IMG/VR virus record: IMGVR_UViG_3300048502_000142
Span: 27,919-91,918 of that record
From: a virus
Taxonomy: Duplodnaviria > Caudoviricetes
Length of the DNA: 64,000 nt
Strand: one strand, 5' to 3'
Position 1 is the first letter of the stretch; the number at the start of each line of letters is the position of its first letter. Below, piece by piece: positions 1-9,137 of the stretch. A program made the position numbers and the translations under genes. The notes below the pieces were generated by a model. That model ran no database searches. It was given only the letters and a program-made list of their open reading frames with translations, and had not been told where the DNA came from.

Positions 1-681
1 CCTAGCGAACTCCTCCGGCGCGAGCGATGCCCACTCGGCGTCGCTGTGGAAGGGACAGAAAACACATGCCGACTTCTGCGGACGCGGATAAGCGTTCTCC
101 TTTATCCACCTCAAACAATCCCCACGAGACATCCCTAGCGCAATCAATGGCCATCGACTCTCCCACCACGCCTCGCGAGACGGCTTCATCCGCTGCGCCT
201 CATCTGCGGATATGCCAATCCATTGTGAGCAGATCGGAGACGTCGGGGACCGCTTCCCGACTATACCTAGCAGCTCGCGCACCCGGCGTCGGATAGGGAC
301 GATCTTAAAGTCACGCGTACAGGACCGGTTAATTATCGCCACGCGCCCGTCGTCGTTCCTTACGAACGCGGGAATATCAACCCTCAGGAACTTCCCTATA
401 GGCCGCTCGGAGGCGACGAGACCCTCCAGGTTCCCGGCCGTAACGTCGTAGACTGGGAAGGGAAGGACGGTCCGCAACCACTCTAGGTGCCGGTAGACGT
501 GCGCCGGCTCCGCCTGCGTATCGGCGAAGATCGCACAGTCTGGCATCGGCAAGATCAACCCTGCGGCAGCCATCAGCGCCATCGTCGTAGACTGCACACC
601 CGCCCCAAGCGATAGGATGTTTAGGCGCAGGGCTCTAGCGACCTTCCTCGCCCGGGCCTGGTCGACCGCTGCGTTGCTCAT
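1..681 (-). CDS. PAPS reductase-like / adenine nucleotide alpha-hydrolase family protein (3' end outside window)
   Basis: Not in ORF track. Manual translation: MSNAAVDQARARKVARALRLNILSLGAGVQSTTMALMAAAG...PDCAIFADTQAEPAHVYRHLEWL...RSCTRDFKIVPI...QWIGISADE. SLGAGVQS PP-loop and FADT motif. ATG overlaps the upstream stop (ATGA at 678-681). Confidence 0.8.
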   Translation of the reverse strand, partial: MSNAAVDQARARKVARALRLNILSLGAGVQSTTMALMAAAGLILPMPDCAIFADTQAEPAHVYRHLEWLRTVLPFPVYDVTAGNLEGLVASERPIGKFLRVDIPAFVRNDDGRVAIINRSCTRDFKIVPIRRRVRELLGIVGKRSPTSPICSQWIGISADEAQRMKPSREAWWESRWPLIALGMSRGDCLRWIKENAYPRPQKSACVFCPFHSDAEWASLAPEEFAR

Positions 682-1901
682 ATTCCTAGCTGCTCCATCT
701 GCCGCATCGCGAGCCTGTACCCGACGAGGCTGTCGATCCCGTTGTAGACGAGGAGCGCGTCCTCGCCGAACCGCTCCACGAACTCGCGGAGCCTGTTCGG
801 GGCGTGGTAGCCGTCCGTCGACCGCATGTACGGATTTATCTCGGTCGACCAGTCGGGGACGCCGAAGTTCAGGAACGCCTGCACGTCGAGCCCGCACACG
901 CCCTGCCGGTTGTCGAGGACGTGCGCGGCGAGCATTGTGTCGAAGGCCCAGGCGATGCCCTCGACGCCCAGATGCACGGCGCTCCACGCGGCCTCGAACT
1001 TGATGTTGTGCGCGATCTTGCCGACCGCGCCGTCCTCTAGGACGTCTATCCAGGCGCGGCGGACCGCCTCCGATCCCGTCCATGGGAACGCGAACGCCTC
1101 CTCGCCCGACGTCGCGAACGACGCGGAGATCAGCTCCTGGACCTCCGGAACGAGCCCCGTCGTCTCGTAGTCGAACGAGAAGAACCGCGCGCGCCGGGCC
1201 GCGGCGAGGGTCGCCACGATCGCATCGTCCCCCCGCAGGATCCGCACCCTCCTGCGCAGGTCGTCCGGCCGGGGAAGCGGGGCGTCGAGCAGCTTCACCG
1301 CCTCCGCAAGGTCGCGGCGCCATATGACACCGACCTCCGGGTTCCGCTCCTCGCGGGCGACGAAGCTCGGGTGGTAGGTCGGGCAGACGTGGCACCCCCA
1401 GTCCGGAACCGGTATCCGCCAGCCGCGCCACTTCGAGATAGAATCCGTCAGCGGCGATATCTGCCCGAGCACCGACGCCGTCGCGACGCCGCCGAGCAGG
1501 ATTATCACCCTCGGCCTGTAGTCCCTGATAGAGGGCTCTACGAACTTCGCCTGGCAGCAGGCGCGCTCGTGAGGCGCCGGCTCGCGATTCTCTGGTGGAC
1601 GACACGCTACGCTGTTGAGACTTATGCAATCCAGGTCCAAGTTCACGTCCACGTCGTACAGAGCATCGCGCAGGAGCCTCCCTGTAGGCCCCTGCCACGG
1701 CTTCCCACGCTTGTCCTCTACCGCTCCCGGCGCCTCCCCTATCGTCATGATCTTCCGACGGAACTCCCCGTGCGGGGGCATCTTCGGGGAGACGACATCC
1801 TTGAACAATCCGCACGAGATGCAAGACAACGTACGCGCCGACGCTACCGACGTGTTGTCGCCGGTCGACGGGCCGATGTCGAATAGGAGACGCGCAGGCA
1901 T
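678..1901 (-). CDS. Family-4 uracil-DNA glycosylase fused to PolA-type 3'-5' exonuclease (no polymerase domain)
   Basis: CISC/CRPP/CC Fe-S cysteines, GEAPG and YHPS UDG motifs; then Exo I DYETTGL, Exo II AHNIKFE, FDTMLAAHVLD, Exo III YNGIDS; stop follows Exo III. Confidence 0.88.
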   Translation of the reverse strand: MPARLLFDIGPSTGDNTSVASARTLSCISCGLFKDVVSPKMPPHGEFRRKIMTIGEAPGAVEDKRGKPWQGPTGRLLRDALYDVDVNLDLDCISLNSVACRPPENREPAPHERACCQAKFVEPSIRDYRPRVIILLGGVATASVLGQISPLTDSISKWRGWRIPVPDWGCHVCPTYHPSFVAREERNPEVGVIWRRDLAEAVKLLDAPLPRPDDLRRRVRILRGDDAIVATLAAARRARFFSFDYETTGLVPEVQELISASFATSGEEAFAFPWTGSEAVRRAWIDVLEDGAVGKIAHNIKFEAAWSAVHLGVEGIAWAFDTMLAAHVLDNRQGVCGLDVQAFLNFGVPDWSTEINPYMRSTDGYHAPNRLREFVERFGEDALLVYNGIDSLVGYRLAMRQMEQLGI

Positions 1902-1904
1902 CGG

Positions 1905-2912
1905 TCAGCGCAGGGCGACAACATGCTCCCACGAGGGTCCGACAAATTTGATGCTGCCCTTCCCGATGACGCAGGATGTTCCAGAGGCGAGCGCCTCTAC
2001 GAACAGCCGCGGCGTAATCGCGAAGGCTGCCGAAGCCTTCCCCTCCCAGCGGACGATCTCGGAAAAATCCGCTCCATCACATTTCGCACCGACAACGATC
2101 TGATTCGGGCGCAGTTCGATTTCGACCTCTTCGTCGATACGAACATCGCGCTTCGCGAAGATCCCGGCCCGGTCGAGGACTTCGGACAGGGTAGCCGGAA
2201 GCGCGATCGGATCACCGTCGACGACATAGAACTTTGCTAGAGCCGGATAAGCTCCCGACAGCAGCCGTGCATAGATCGTCGTGTCTCCGCCGTGTGAGAC
2301 AAAGCGCATCCACTCGCCGCCGTCCGACACGGCGACGCTCTCGACCGGGAAGCCCACGACCTCCTCCGCCGCGGTCGCAGGCAGGAGGGCGGTAGGAAGC
2401 CCCGCGTCGGGGAAGTGGAAGCGCACGGCCCGGAAGCCGTCCGCCCCCTCCAGTCCGTCCTCCCCGAACCTGACGCACGTCACCGCCGGCTTGTTCATCG
2501 TCTTAGCGCAACAGCTCGCGGACATGCCGAGCGCCGCTAGGAAGCCGGAGGGGAGAGGCACGTCGTCGCCGGTCCCGTCGATCTGGTCGATCGGAAGCGC
2601 GACCGGAAGGACGTCGAACGCCGTCTTCGACCGACCACCCCTTAGGACGAGCTTCGCGTTCCCGTCCCGCTCCAGCGTCACGGTCTCCGCCGACAGCTTG
2701 GACAGGAGGGCGTGGAACCGCCTCCCGTCGATCGCACCCTCTATGTCGCCGAGTTCCGGCAGCCTCGCCGAGATCGAGATCGCGTCGTTGTAGGCGACGA
2801 CACGACCGCCCGCGAAGGCGAGCTTGTCGGCCTGCTCAAAAGTCTCTTTCTTCGCCACGGCCGGCAGGACCCGCCCCACAACCTCGATCAACTTCGCCCT
2901 GCTAACTTCCAC
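1905..2912 (-). CDS. DNA polymerase III beta-like sliding clamp
   Basis: 335 aa; start MEVSRAKLIEVVGRVLPAV; GADGFR motif (clamp ATDGHR); RLLSGAYP (clamp RLIDGxFP); replication context. Confidence 0.75.
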   Translation of the reverse strand: MEVSRAKLIEVVGRVLPAVAKKETFEQADKLAFAGGRVVAYNDAISISARLPELGDIEGAIDGRRFHALLSKLSAETVTLERDGNAKLVLRGGRSKTAFDVLPVALPIDQIDGTGDDVPLPSGFLAALGMSASCCAKTMNKPAVTCVRFGEDGLEGADGFRAVRFHFPDAGLPTALLPATAAEEVVGFPVESVAVSDGGEWMRFVSHGGDTTIYARLLSGAYPALAKFYVVDGDPIALPATLSEVLDRAGIFAKRDVRIDEEVEIELRPNQIVVGAKCDGADFSEIVRWEGKASAAFAITPRLFVEALASGTSCVIGKGSIKFVGPSWEHVVALR

Positions 2913-2952
2913 GGTGGAACCCTCCCGGATAGACTAGACTAAGATGCGTCGG

Positions 2953-4878
2953 TCAGGCGACGGGAACTATCCCGCACTCGATCGCGGCCCGGCCGATAGC
3001 GGTTACGACCTGCGGGACCACGGTATTCCCCAGCACCCTTAGCCGGTCGTCCCGCCGACGTCGGTCCACCCCGCGGGGTAGCCCATGTACTGCTCCGCCC
3101 AGCAGGGGTTCATCCGGGACCGCCACCTTTCCGGCATCGAGGGCTCTTCCGAGGGCGCGGACGAAGGATAGCCCCAGATCCACTCCTCCCGCCGCCCTAC
3201 CAGGTCCGACATGGGGACCGGCTCCGCCACCGACAGGTTCGGGAGGTTCCCCATTATCCGGCCCCACTTGTTGTGGGCCGTCCCCTCCCGGCCCCACTCG
3301 TCCCCGCTCAGAAGGGTAGGCCACAATCCACATGCGGTCCCTCTCGTGTAGAGCGCCCACTCGGGAAGCCGGTACGCAGCACCAGACCGCGTCGTACCCC
3401 ACCTCGGAAAGGTCCCCAAGAACGCGGCCGAGTCCCCTTCCAGCGAGCGCCGCGACGTTCTCCACGATCGCGACGCGGGGTCGTACCTCGCGAACCAGCC
3501 GCGCGTACTCGCCCCAGAGCCAGCTTCCGCCCTTGTCGCCGCGTCCCTCGACGGGTCCTCCATCTACGCCCCTCTTGTGTCCGGCATTGGAAACGTCGAT
3601 GCAGTTGTGAACGACGATGCCGTCTGCGACGTAGCTCTCGTCTTCCTCAACCGCAAAGTTATATACGTCCTCTACTGTCCCTTCCTCAACAACGGATCGG
3701 ATCGGCCCGAAGAAGTGTCCGTCGAGGACCCTCCCCTGCTTAGACGTAGTCGCCCCGCGGAGTTCCCAGTGGAATGGCTGCTGATTAACGACGCGTCCCT
3801 CTATCTCACACGTAGTTCCCGCATGCTTGCAATAGTACACCGCGACTGATTGCCCGAGTCCTAGAGCGAGCAGACGCATACCGATCGCGAGCCGCTTCGA
3901 TATCGAAGCGGCGCGCCAACTCCCATCGTAGACGGTCCCGTCGCCGGATATCCACCCGTCCAAGAGAGCCTGCCGACAGGACGCTGGCAGACCGTACACC
4001 CACGACGGCAGCCGCTTATTCGCCGCGCCCTTGTCGAATTGAGACAGGTAATCGAACAGCTTCGCATGTTGCACTACAAACTTCACAACAGTAGATTCGT
4101 TAGCTCGCGTCACGTGGAGACCCGCACCCTTGCGAAGCCGATCAACGAGTTCTCCTACCTCGTTGTAAGCACAACACCAGTGGACGCGCTTTGCCCAACT
4201 GTTCTTCCTGCTGCCGCGTCCATGTGCAACCTTACTCGTCCGCTTAAATGACACACACCGGCCGTCCGCGAGCCAGCGCCCTACGGCCCAATAAAAATCC
4301 TCGTCGCTCTCGCGCTCGGAAGCCGGAATCTCCGGCGCCGGGAGATCCGCCTCTATAGATACGGGGCTTGCCCACAGCATCCCTCTCGAAAGATTGCGGG
4401 CGTCGATCCATTCCGGCTCTACGGCAGCTCTATCACAGAGAGCGTAGAACGGATGCTCTCCCGTTACGCGCATCACAGGCTGCCCTAGTCCTCGGACGTT
4501 TAGAATAGGCGCGTCCCTATTTACATACGTCTCCTTTACCCGACGCCACCGACCCCGGTGTGTCAGGACAACGTCATCAACAACAACCTCGGAGATGTCT
4601 ACCATCCCACGACGGGTCAGGATTAGCGTTCCCTTCGGAAAGCACGGGAAACCACCACAGATTGCATCGACCTGTATATTATCTACCTTTAGTCTTTCTG
4701 CCGTAAGTCCCTGGACGTCCCGGTATCGTCGCACCCCCGGCCAGTGCTCGGCGAGGACGCGCCGGCAGAAGCGGTCCGTATCGCAGAACGCCACGGTGCG
4801 GAAGCGTCCGGTGGCTTCGAGGCCATAAGAAAAACCCCCTATGCCACTGAACAAATCTAGCAGATTGAGAATAGCCAA
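2953..4878 (-). CDS. C5 cytosine DNA methyltransferase (alpha chain) with intein
   Basis: Motif I DLFSGIGG, motif IV GGFP-[intein]-C, VI ENV, VIII HERDRMWIVA, X LGNTVVPQV; TTG start. Confidence 0.93.
   Translation of the reverse strand: MAILNLLDLFSGIGGFSYGLEATGRFRTVAFCDTDRFCRRVLAEHWPGVRRYRDVQGLTAERLKVDNIQVDAICGGFPCFPKGTLILTRRGMVDISEVVVDDVVLTHRGRWRRVKETYVNRDAPILNVRGLGQPVMRVTGEHPFYALCDRAAVEPEWIDARNLSRGMLWASPVSIEADLPAPEIPASERESDEDFYWAVGRWLADGRCVSFKRTSKVAHGRGSRKNSWAKRVHWCCAYNEVGELVDRLRKGAGLHVTRANESTVVKFVVQHAKLFDYLSQFDKGAANKRLPSWVYGLPASCRQALLDGWISGDGTVYDGSWRAASISKRLAIGMRLLALGLGQSVAVYYCKHAGTTCEIEGRVVNQQPFHWELRGATTSKQGRVLDGHFFGPIRSVVEEGTVEDVYNFAVEEDESYVADGIVVHNCIDVSNAGHKRGVDGGPVEGRGDKGGSWLWGEYARLVREVRPRVAIVENVAALAGRGLGRVLGDLSEVGYDAVWCCVPASRVGALHERDRMWIVAYPSERGRVGPGGDGPQQVGPDNGEPPEPVGGGAGPHVGPGRAAGGVDLGLSFVRALGRALDAGKVAVPDEPLLGGAVHGLPRGVDRRRRDDRLRVLGNTVVPQVVTAIGRAAIECGIVPVA
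3039..3563 (-). CDS. Nested alternative-frame methyltransferase beta subunit (motif IX donor, M.EcoHK31I-like arrangement)
   Basis: 174 aa ATG ORF wholly inside the MTase gene in another frame: FARYDPASRSWRTS...TFPRWG...GLWPT...RMNPCWAEQYMGYPAGWTD. The last segment matches motif IX, which the alpha frame lacks. Confidence 0.75.
   Translation of the reverse strand: MEDPSRDAATRAEAGSGASTRGWFARYDPASRSWRTSRRSLEGDSAAFLGTFPRWGTTRSGAAYRLPEWALYTRGTACGLWPTLLSGDEWGREGTAHNKWGRIMGNLPNLSVAEPVPMSDLVGRREEWIWGYPSSAPSEEPSMPERWRSRMNPCWAEQYMGYPAGWTDVGGTTG
3604..4644 (-). mobile_element. Intein with LAGLIDADG homing endonuclease (347 aa) in the methyltransferase
   Basis: Starts CFPKGTLILT, block B VTGEHPF, LAGLIDADG-like VGRWLADG and LDGWISGDG, ends VYNFAVEEDESYVADGIVVHN followed by C+1; visibly lower GC than flanks. 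Confidence 0.93.
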
Positions 4879-5077
4879 TCAAAGCCTCCTCGCCGCGACG
4901 TCGGCGAGGTACCTCGCCAGGTAGTGATCGGTCGGGACGTAACCTAGGTCGTCTCCCGCGGTCGAGAGGTCACGGACGCGCGGCCACCTGCGGAAGATCT
5001 CCGCATGCACCGGTCGTGCCGCGCGCTACGTCGTCCTATTGACGAGCGCGCAAGCGGCCAGCATCCGGAACGGACAG

Positions 5078-5761
5078 CTACGCAGCCGCTCCTAAAACAG
5101 CCTTCTCCGCGCGAAAGGCATCGGAGACGCCGACCGGGAGGACCGCCTTGACGAGGCTGCCGTCGGCGAACGAGAAGCCAATGCCGCAGTCGCGCCACAG
5201 GCAGAAGACGTGCGACGAGCAATTGCCGCGGTCGAGCTGCAATTCGTCGGCGATCTGCGAGATCGTTCGGGTGCCGTCCATGCGGTCGAAGATGTTGCCG
5301 CGAATCGTACCCTTCCGGAGCGGCCGGAACTCGTCCTTCGGCTTCGGGTCCTTGCCGGACTTGGACGAACTCCGGGACGCCTTCGCCTCCTTCGGGGCCT
5401 TCGCCAGCTTCGCGACCTTGACCTTCACCAGCTCCGGCGCCTTCGGGGGTACCGCTTCCTCGACGGGCTTCGCGGCCTTCGCCTTCGGCTCCTTCGGAGC
5501 GGCGGGGGTCTTCTCCGCCTTCGCTACCTTCTTCGGCGGCTCGGGCTTGACCTCCGGCGACATCTCGCCGTCCTTTAGGCTCTTCAGGACATCGGACGCC
5601 AACTCGGACAGCACGTCGTCCGGCTGCACGAGCTTCGCGGCCTCGATGATCTGCGCCTTGAGTTCGTTAACGGTCTTGCTCACGTCGATCGGCGGCTCGG
5701 GGTCGAGGAGCTTGTTCAGCTCCTGCGCGACGTCGACGAAGTCCTTGCGGGTGTGTGCCAC
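5078..5761 (-). CDS. Lys/Ala/Pro-rich (histone H1-like linker) protein with C-terminal helix-turn-helix
   Basis: Central PKKVAKAEK/APKEPKAKAAK low-complexity region; C-terminal RTISQIADELQLDRGNCSSHV HTH. Confidence 0.65.
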   Translation of the reverse strand: MAHTRKDFVDVAQELNKLLDPEPPIDVSKTVNELKAQIIEAAKLVQPDDVLSELASDVLKSLKDGEMSPEVKPEPPKKVAKAEKTPAAPKEPKAKAAKPVEEAVPPKAPELVKVKVAKLAKAPKEAKASRSSSKSGKDPKPKDEFRPLRKGTIRGNIFDRMDGTRTISQIADELQLDRGNCSSHVFCLWRDCGIGFSFADGSLVKAVLPVGVSDAFRAEKAVLGAAA

Positions 5762-5947
5762 GATCTGTGCTCCAGCTGACTCGGGTTGTCTCTGACACTC
5801 ACCTTATACGTCCGGGAGGTGACCCGTGAGAAGTGGAAAAATCTAAAAATCTTTGGAGCCTCGGCCGAAACCGGACGGGCGTCGACGGGGAGGCCGGATT
5901 CCAGGGCGCCTGGAGGGGATCCAGGAGGTTCCGGGTAGGGAAGTAGC

Positions 5948-6286
5948 CTACCGTTCCGCTATGCGCTCTAGCGCCTCGATCTGCCGATCCGAGAGCGTCC
6001 CCGTCCGCTCGAACTGCTCCCGCACGTCGACGACGAACTCGCTGCGGTCGCGCTCCAGCCTGCCTAGCAGGTCCTCGATGTCGGCGCGGCGACGGGGTGA
6101 CTCCGGGGGAATCGATCCCCGCTCTACCGTCGCCGCCCAGACCCGCGACAGGACCTTTACCCAGTCTAGGTCGTGCTTCCGCAGGATCTCGTTCGCCGAG
6201 CGCAGCGCCGTGAGCGCCTCCGCGTCGGACCCCGAGAGGGTCTTGTTCATCAGCACCTTCAGGCGCGACAGGTCGTTCAGGTTCAT
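5948..6286 (-). CDS. Hypothetical protein, related to the N-terminus of the gene at 12973
   Basis: LSGSDAEALTALRSANEILRKHDLDW resembles GSSSEGEIVAAVAAIGRMLVADGKDW; ATGA coupling to the helicase stop. Confidence 0.65.
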   Translation of the reverse strand: MNLNDLSRLKVLMNKTLSGSDAEALTALRSANEILRKHDLDWVKVLSRVWAATVERGSIPPESPRRRADIEDLLGRLERDRSEFVVDVREQFERTGTLSDRQIEALERIAER

Positions 6287-9135
6287 TTCAACAGGTAACT
6301 CCCCGTAAACGGTCGCCCCCTATTTAGGTGCTGCATGACGACGACCTGGTCGTCGACGGAGAACGCCCCGTCGCGGACGAGGATCGCGCCGACCCGGATC
6401 ACCCCAAGGGCCTTCTCGCGCCCGTCCGGGGACTGGTTCAGGGCGAACATGGCTGTCACGTGGGCGTTCTTGCGCTTGTCCTCCGTGAAGTTCCCGACGC
6501 TGAGCTTGCCCTGCTTGTAGCTCGCGGCGTCGGCCTGCGTAACCGTCACGAGGAGGGCGTGGCGCTCCTGGCTCACCCGGCGCAAACCACCCCATATGTC
6601 GTCCTGCTTGTGCCGGAACTCCTTGACGTCGGACGACATAATGTCCGGGTAGTCGACCACGATGACGTCGGGAACGAAGTCGTCCACCCGCTCCCACTCG
6701 TCTAGGCAGCTATCCATCTCGGCCGTCGTCAGCGTATTGCGCGAGTAGGTCGCGAGCTTAAACCGGCGGCGGTGACGCCTGAAGAAGTGCTCGGCGTGCC
6801 GACGCGCTATCTTCCCGGTCAAGACTTCCCGCGCGTCCACGTGCATGAGCCACACGGTGGGGCGCCGGACGGCGCAGGTCCCGCTCTCGCACGGCCGGTA
6901 GTCCGGAAAGTCCCGGGCCTTCTCGGTCAGCGTCGAGAGGCACTCGAAGCTACCGCGGTCCTTGTAGAACTCCTCAAGCTGCCCCTCGTGGATCCCGTGG
7001 TCGCAGTTGCGGTCGGACCGGTCGCAGGCGTCAAATTGGTTCTTGACGCAGTCGCCGACCGCGTACCAGTGCTCGACGCAGGCCTTCGGGTCGTCCGACC
7101 AGCCGGCCAAGTGGACGCCGAAGCGCCGGAGTTGCTGGTCCTGTGTCATGTCACCTCCCTGAAAGAACGCGACGTTCCGCTGCTGGCGGATCGCCCGCAC
7201 GACGATGTCCAGCAGCCACCAGGTATTGTGGACTAAGACATTCTCGGCAACGAAATTATGCTGATTAGCCACCGTTAAATCGAACGTCTCTTCACTCCCG
7301 ACAAAGTCAATCGACAGAATCTCGTCCCACAATATTTGGGAGTTTAGATACTTTACGCCGGCAACGGTGTCCGATACCTCGGTAAACGATTGCCGCATTA
7401 TCGGCAATCCCTTATCCAACTGCTGACGAATGGCGGGCGCTTTCGTAAAGCACTTTACAAAAGCCCTCCACCGCGGATCGTGCCTGTCACGCCGGACACC
7501 AAAAACGCCGAACTCGCGCTCGACATCATCATAAAATCGACGCGCTACTTCCGAGGGGAATTTATCAAGAAAAGACCGAAGTACCGTGGGGCTATCCGAA
7601 GTAACTCGGCAGAGTTTCTCTCCCTTTCCAAATAGACACCCTACTCTATTCCTAAATCGAGTGATATTCTCACAATCACGAACGGCTACCGTCCACGCAC
7701 CCTTGCATATGTTCTCCTTAAAATGCACCCGAGAGACAATCCCGAATCTCGATAGGAGTTCCTGGACCTGCCTTGCTAGACGCTCGTTCGCTACGGAGAA
7801 TCCCACCCCCTTTCCGCTTCCGTCTACCCACCCATCACAAGTATACAAGACGGACAAAAAGAGACTAATCTCGGCCGAGTTCAACCTAAACACAATAGGG
7901 GGAACGAGTTTGTCGTACGACCTCTTATTCATAAGGCCATTCTCAAAAAGGAAATTCCGAACGTGATTGTGCCTGTGCAGGCCGCGAACGGCCTCCGCAT
8001 TATACACGCCGCAATTAATCCCCTTCCAAACGGTCCGACAACCCATCGCGGAGACGCACCGATCAAAATCGCGCCTAATATCCTCATCCGCCGTAGTAAA
8101 CTGCACTCGCTCCCGCATCTCATTACCTAGGCACCCCTCAGCGATAAAATAGGCGAGCAGCCTGATCTTCTCGTCAGGAAGGGTCTCACTACCGAATACC
8201 GGTATCTCCTTAGGTACCGCGATGTACCGACCAATCTCTAGATCCTGTAACTCGACCCACCCATCAGGAGTTAAGAATGGATGATTTTTAGTCACCTTTA
8301 CTTTACGTCCCGTCCGCGTTGTCACACTCCAAACGTCTTTTACACCATTCACATAAAAATCCGTAATAGTTGAGGGGACGAATTGCCCAATAGTCTCATC
8401 ATACGCGATTACATCACGGCGCTCGTCCCGAATAACGTCCCGAATGGGAAGGACGTCCCCATTAGACAATAAGACGCGTTGATCTCCCGGTAGACACTTG
8501 CCGCGCTTCTCGGGGGCGAGGAAGGCGACGAGGGAGGCGCGGGAGAGTTCGGAGTTGAGCATATCCCCGAGGTCGCCGGGGTACTCCACGACGGGCTTAC
8601 GGACGGTGCCGAAGGCGCGCTCGATGGCCTCGAACCCCTGGGGGGAGTTGACGTCGAGCCCTCGGGTCGTCTCGAAGCTCGTCGGCCGGAACGACCGGAG
8701 TGCCCTCTCGACCGCCTCGTCGTCGCCGCGCTCGCTCGCGACCATGACCTCGTCCAGGTAGGTCTTCTGCTCGCGCTGCCGCAGGTACTTGACCGTCCGG
8801 TCGTAGAGGTAGTCGGCGTTGAACAGCTCGTCGCGGCCGTACTCGGCCGAGACCGTCTCCAGCACCCTCTCGATGTACTCGGCCTCGGCCTTGGGAACCC
8901 CCTCGGACTGGACGCGCTCGAAGTAGATCGCCCCCAGGTCCGTGTCGGCGACCCTGCCGTACTTGTCGAAGTGCTCCAGGCACCAGCGGGCGACGCGTCC
9001 CAGCTCCGGAGACTCCAGCAGGTCGTCGCGCCAGAAGCGCCGGATCTTCCGGACGAAGACGCTCGACACGGCAAGGCCGGTGACGATGCGCCGCTCGACG
9101 TCGGAGGCGGACCTCCCCTCTCGGATCGTACCCAA
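6283..9135 (-). CDS. DnaB/gp41-like replicative helicase with intein
   Basis: Likely TTG start at 9135, just after the upstream stop; the ORF-track extension to 10509 is a shadow. Walker A APEKRGK-[intein]-T, Walker B VIVVDYPD, VTQ, and EDKRKNAHVT motifs. Confidence 0.9.
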   Translation of the reverse strand: MGTIREGRSASDVERRIVTGLAVSSVFVRKIRRFWRDDLLESPELGRVARWCLEHFDKYGRVADTDLGAIYFERVQSEGVPKAEAEYIERVLETVSAEYGRDELFNADYLYDRTVKYLRQREQKTYLDEVMVASERGDDEAVERALRSFRPTSFETTRGLDVNSPQGFEAIERAFGTVRKPVVEYPGDLGDMLNSELSRASLVAFLAPEKRGKCLPGDQRVLLSNGDVLPIRDVIRDERRDVIAYDETIGQFVPSTITDFYVNGVKDVWSVTTRTGRKVKVTKNHPFLTPDGWVELQDLEIGRYIAVPKEIPVFGSETLPDEKIRLLAYFIAEGCLGNEMRERVQFTTADEDIRRDFDRCVSAMGCRTVWKGINCGVYNAEAVRGLHRHNHVRNFLFENGLMNKRSYDKLVPPIVFRLNSAEISLFLSVLYTCDGWVDGSGKGVGFSVANERLARQVQELLSRFGIVSRVHFKENICKGAWTVAVRDCENITRFRNRVGCLFGKGEKLCRVTSDSPTVLRSFLDKFPSEVARRFYDDVEREFGVFGVRRDRHDPRWRAFVKCFTKAPAIRQQLDKGLPIMRQSFTEVSDTVAGVKYLNSQILWDEILSIDFVGSEETFDLTVANQHNFVAENVLVHNTWWLLDIVVRAIRQQRNVAFFQGGDMTQDQQLRRFGVHLAGWSDDPKACVEHWYAVGDCVKNQFDACDRSDRNCDHGIHEGQLEEFYKDRGSFECLSTLTEKARDFPDYRPCESGTCAVRRPTVWLMHVDAREVLTGKIARRHAEHFFRRHRRRFKLATYSRNTLTTAEMDSCLDEWERVDDFVPDVIVVDYPDIMSSDVKEFRHKQDDIWGGLRRVSQERHALLVTVTQADAASYKQGKLSVGNFTEDKRKNAHVTAMFALNQSPDGREKALGVIRVGAILVRDGAFSVDDQVVVMQHLNRGRPFTGSYLLK
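7225..8496 (-). mobile_element. Intein with LAGLIDADG homing endonuclease (424 aa) in the helicase P-loop
   Basis: Starts CLPGDQRVLL, TKNHPF block B, LLAYFIAEG and LYTCDG endonuclease motifs, ends TFDLTVANQHNFVAENVLVHN then T+1; markedly AT-richer. Confidence 0.93.
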
Positions 9136-9137
9136 TC

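Noticed and set aside
678-1901. Calling this gene a complete DNA polymerase I
   Set aside because: No polymerase motifs A, B or C; a clean stop coupled to the next gene follows Exo III.
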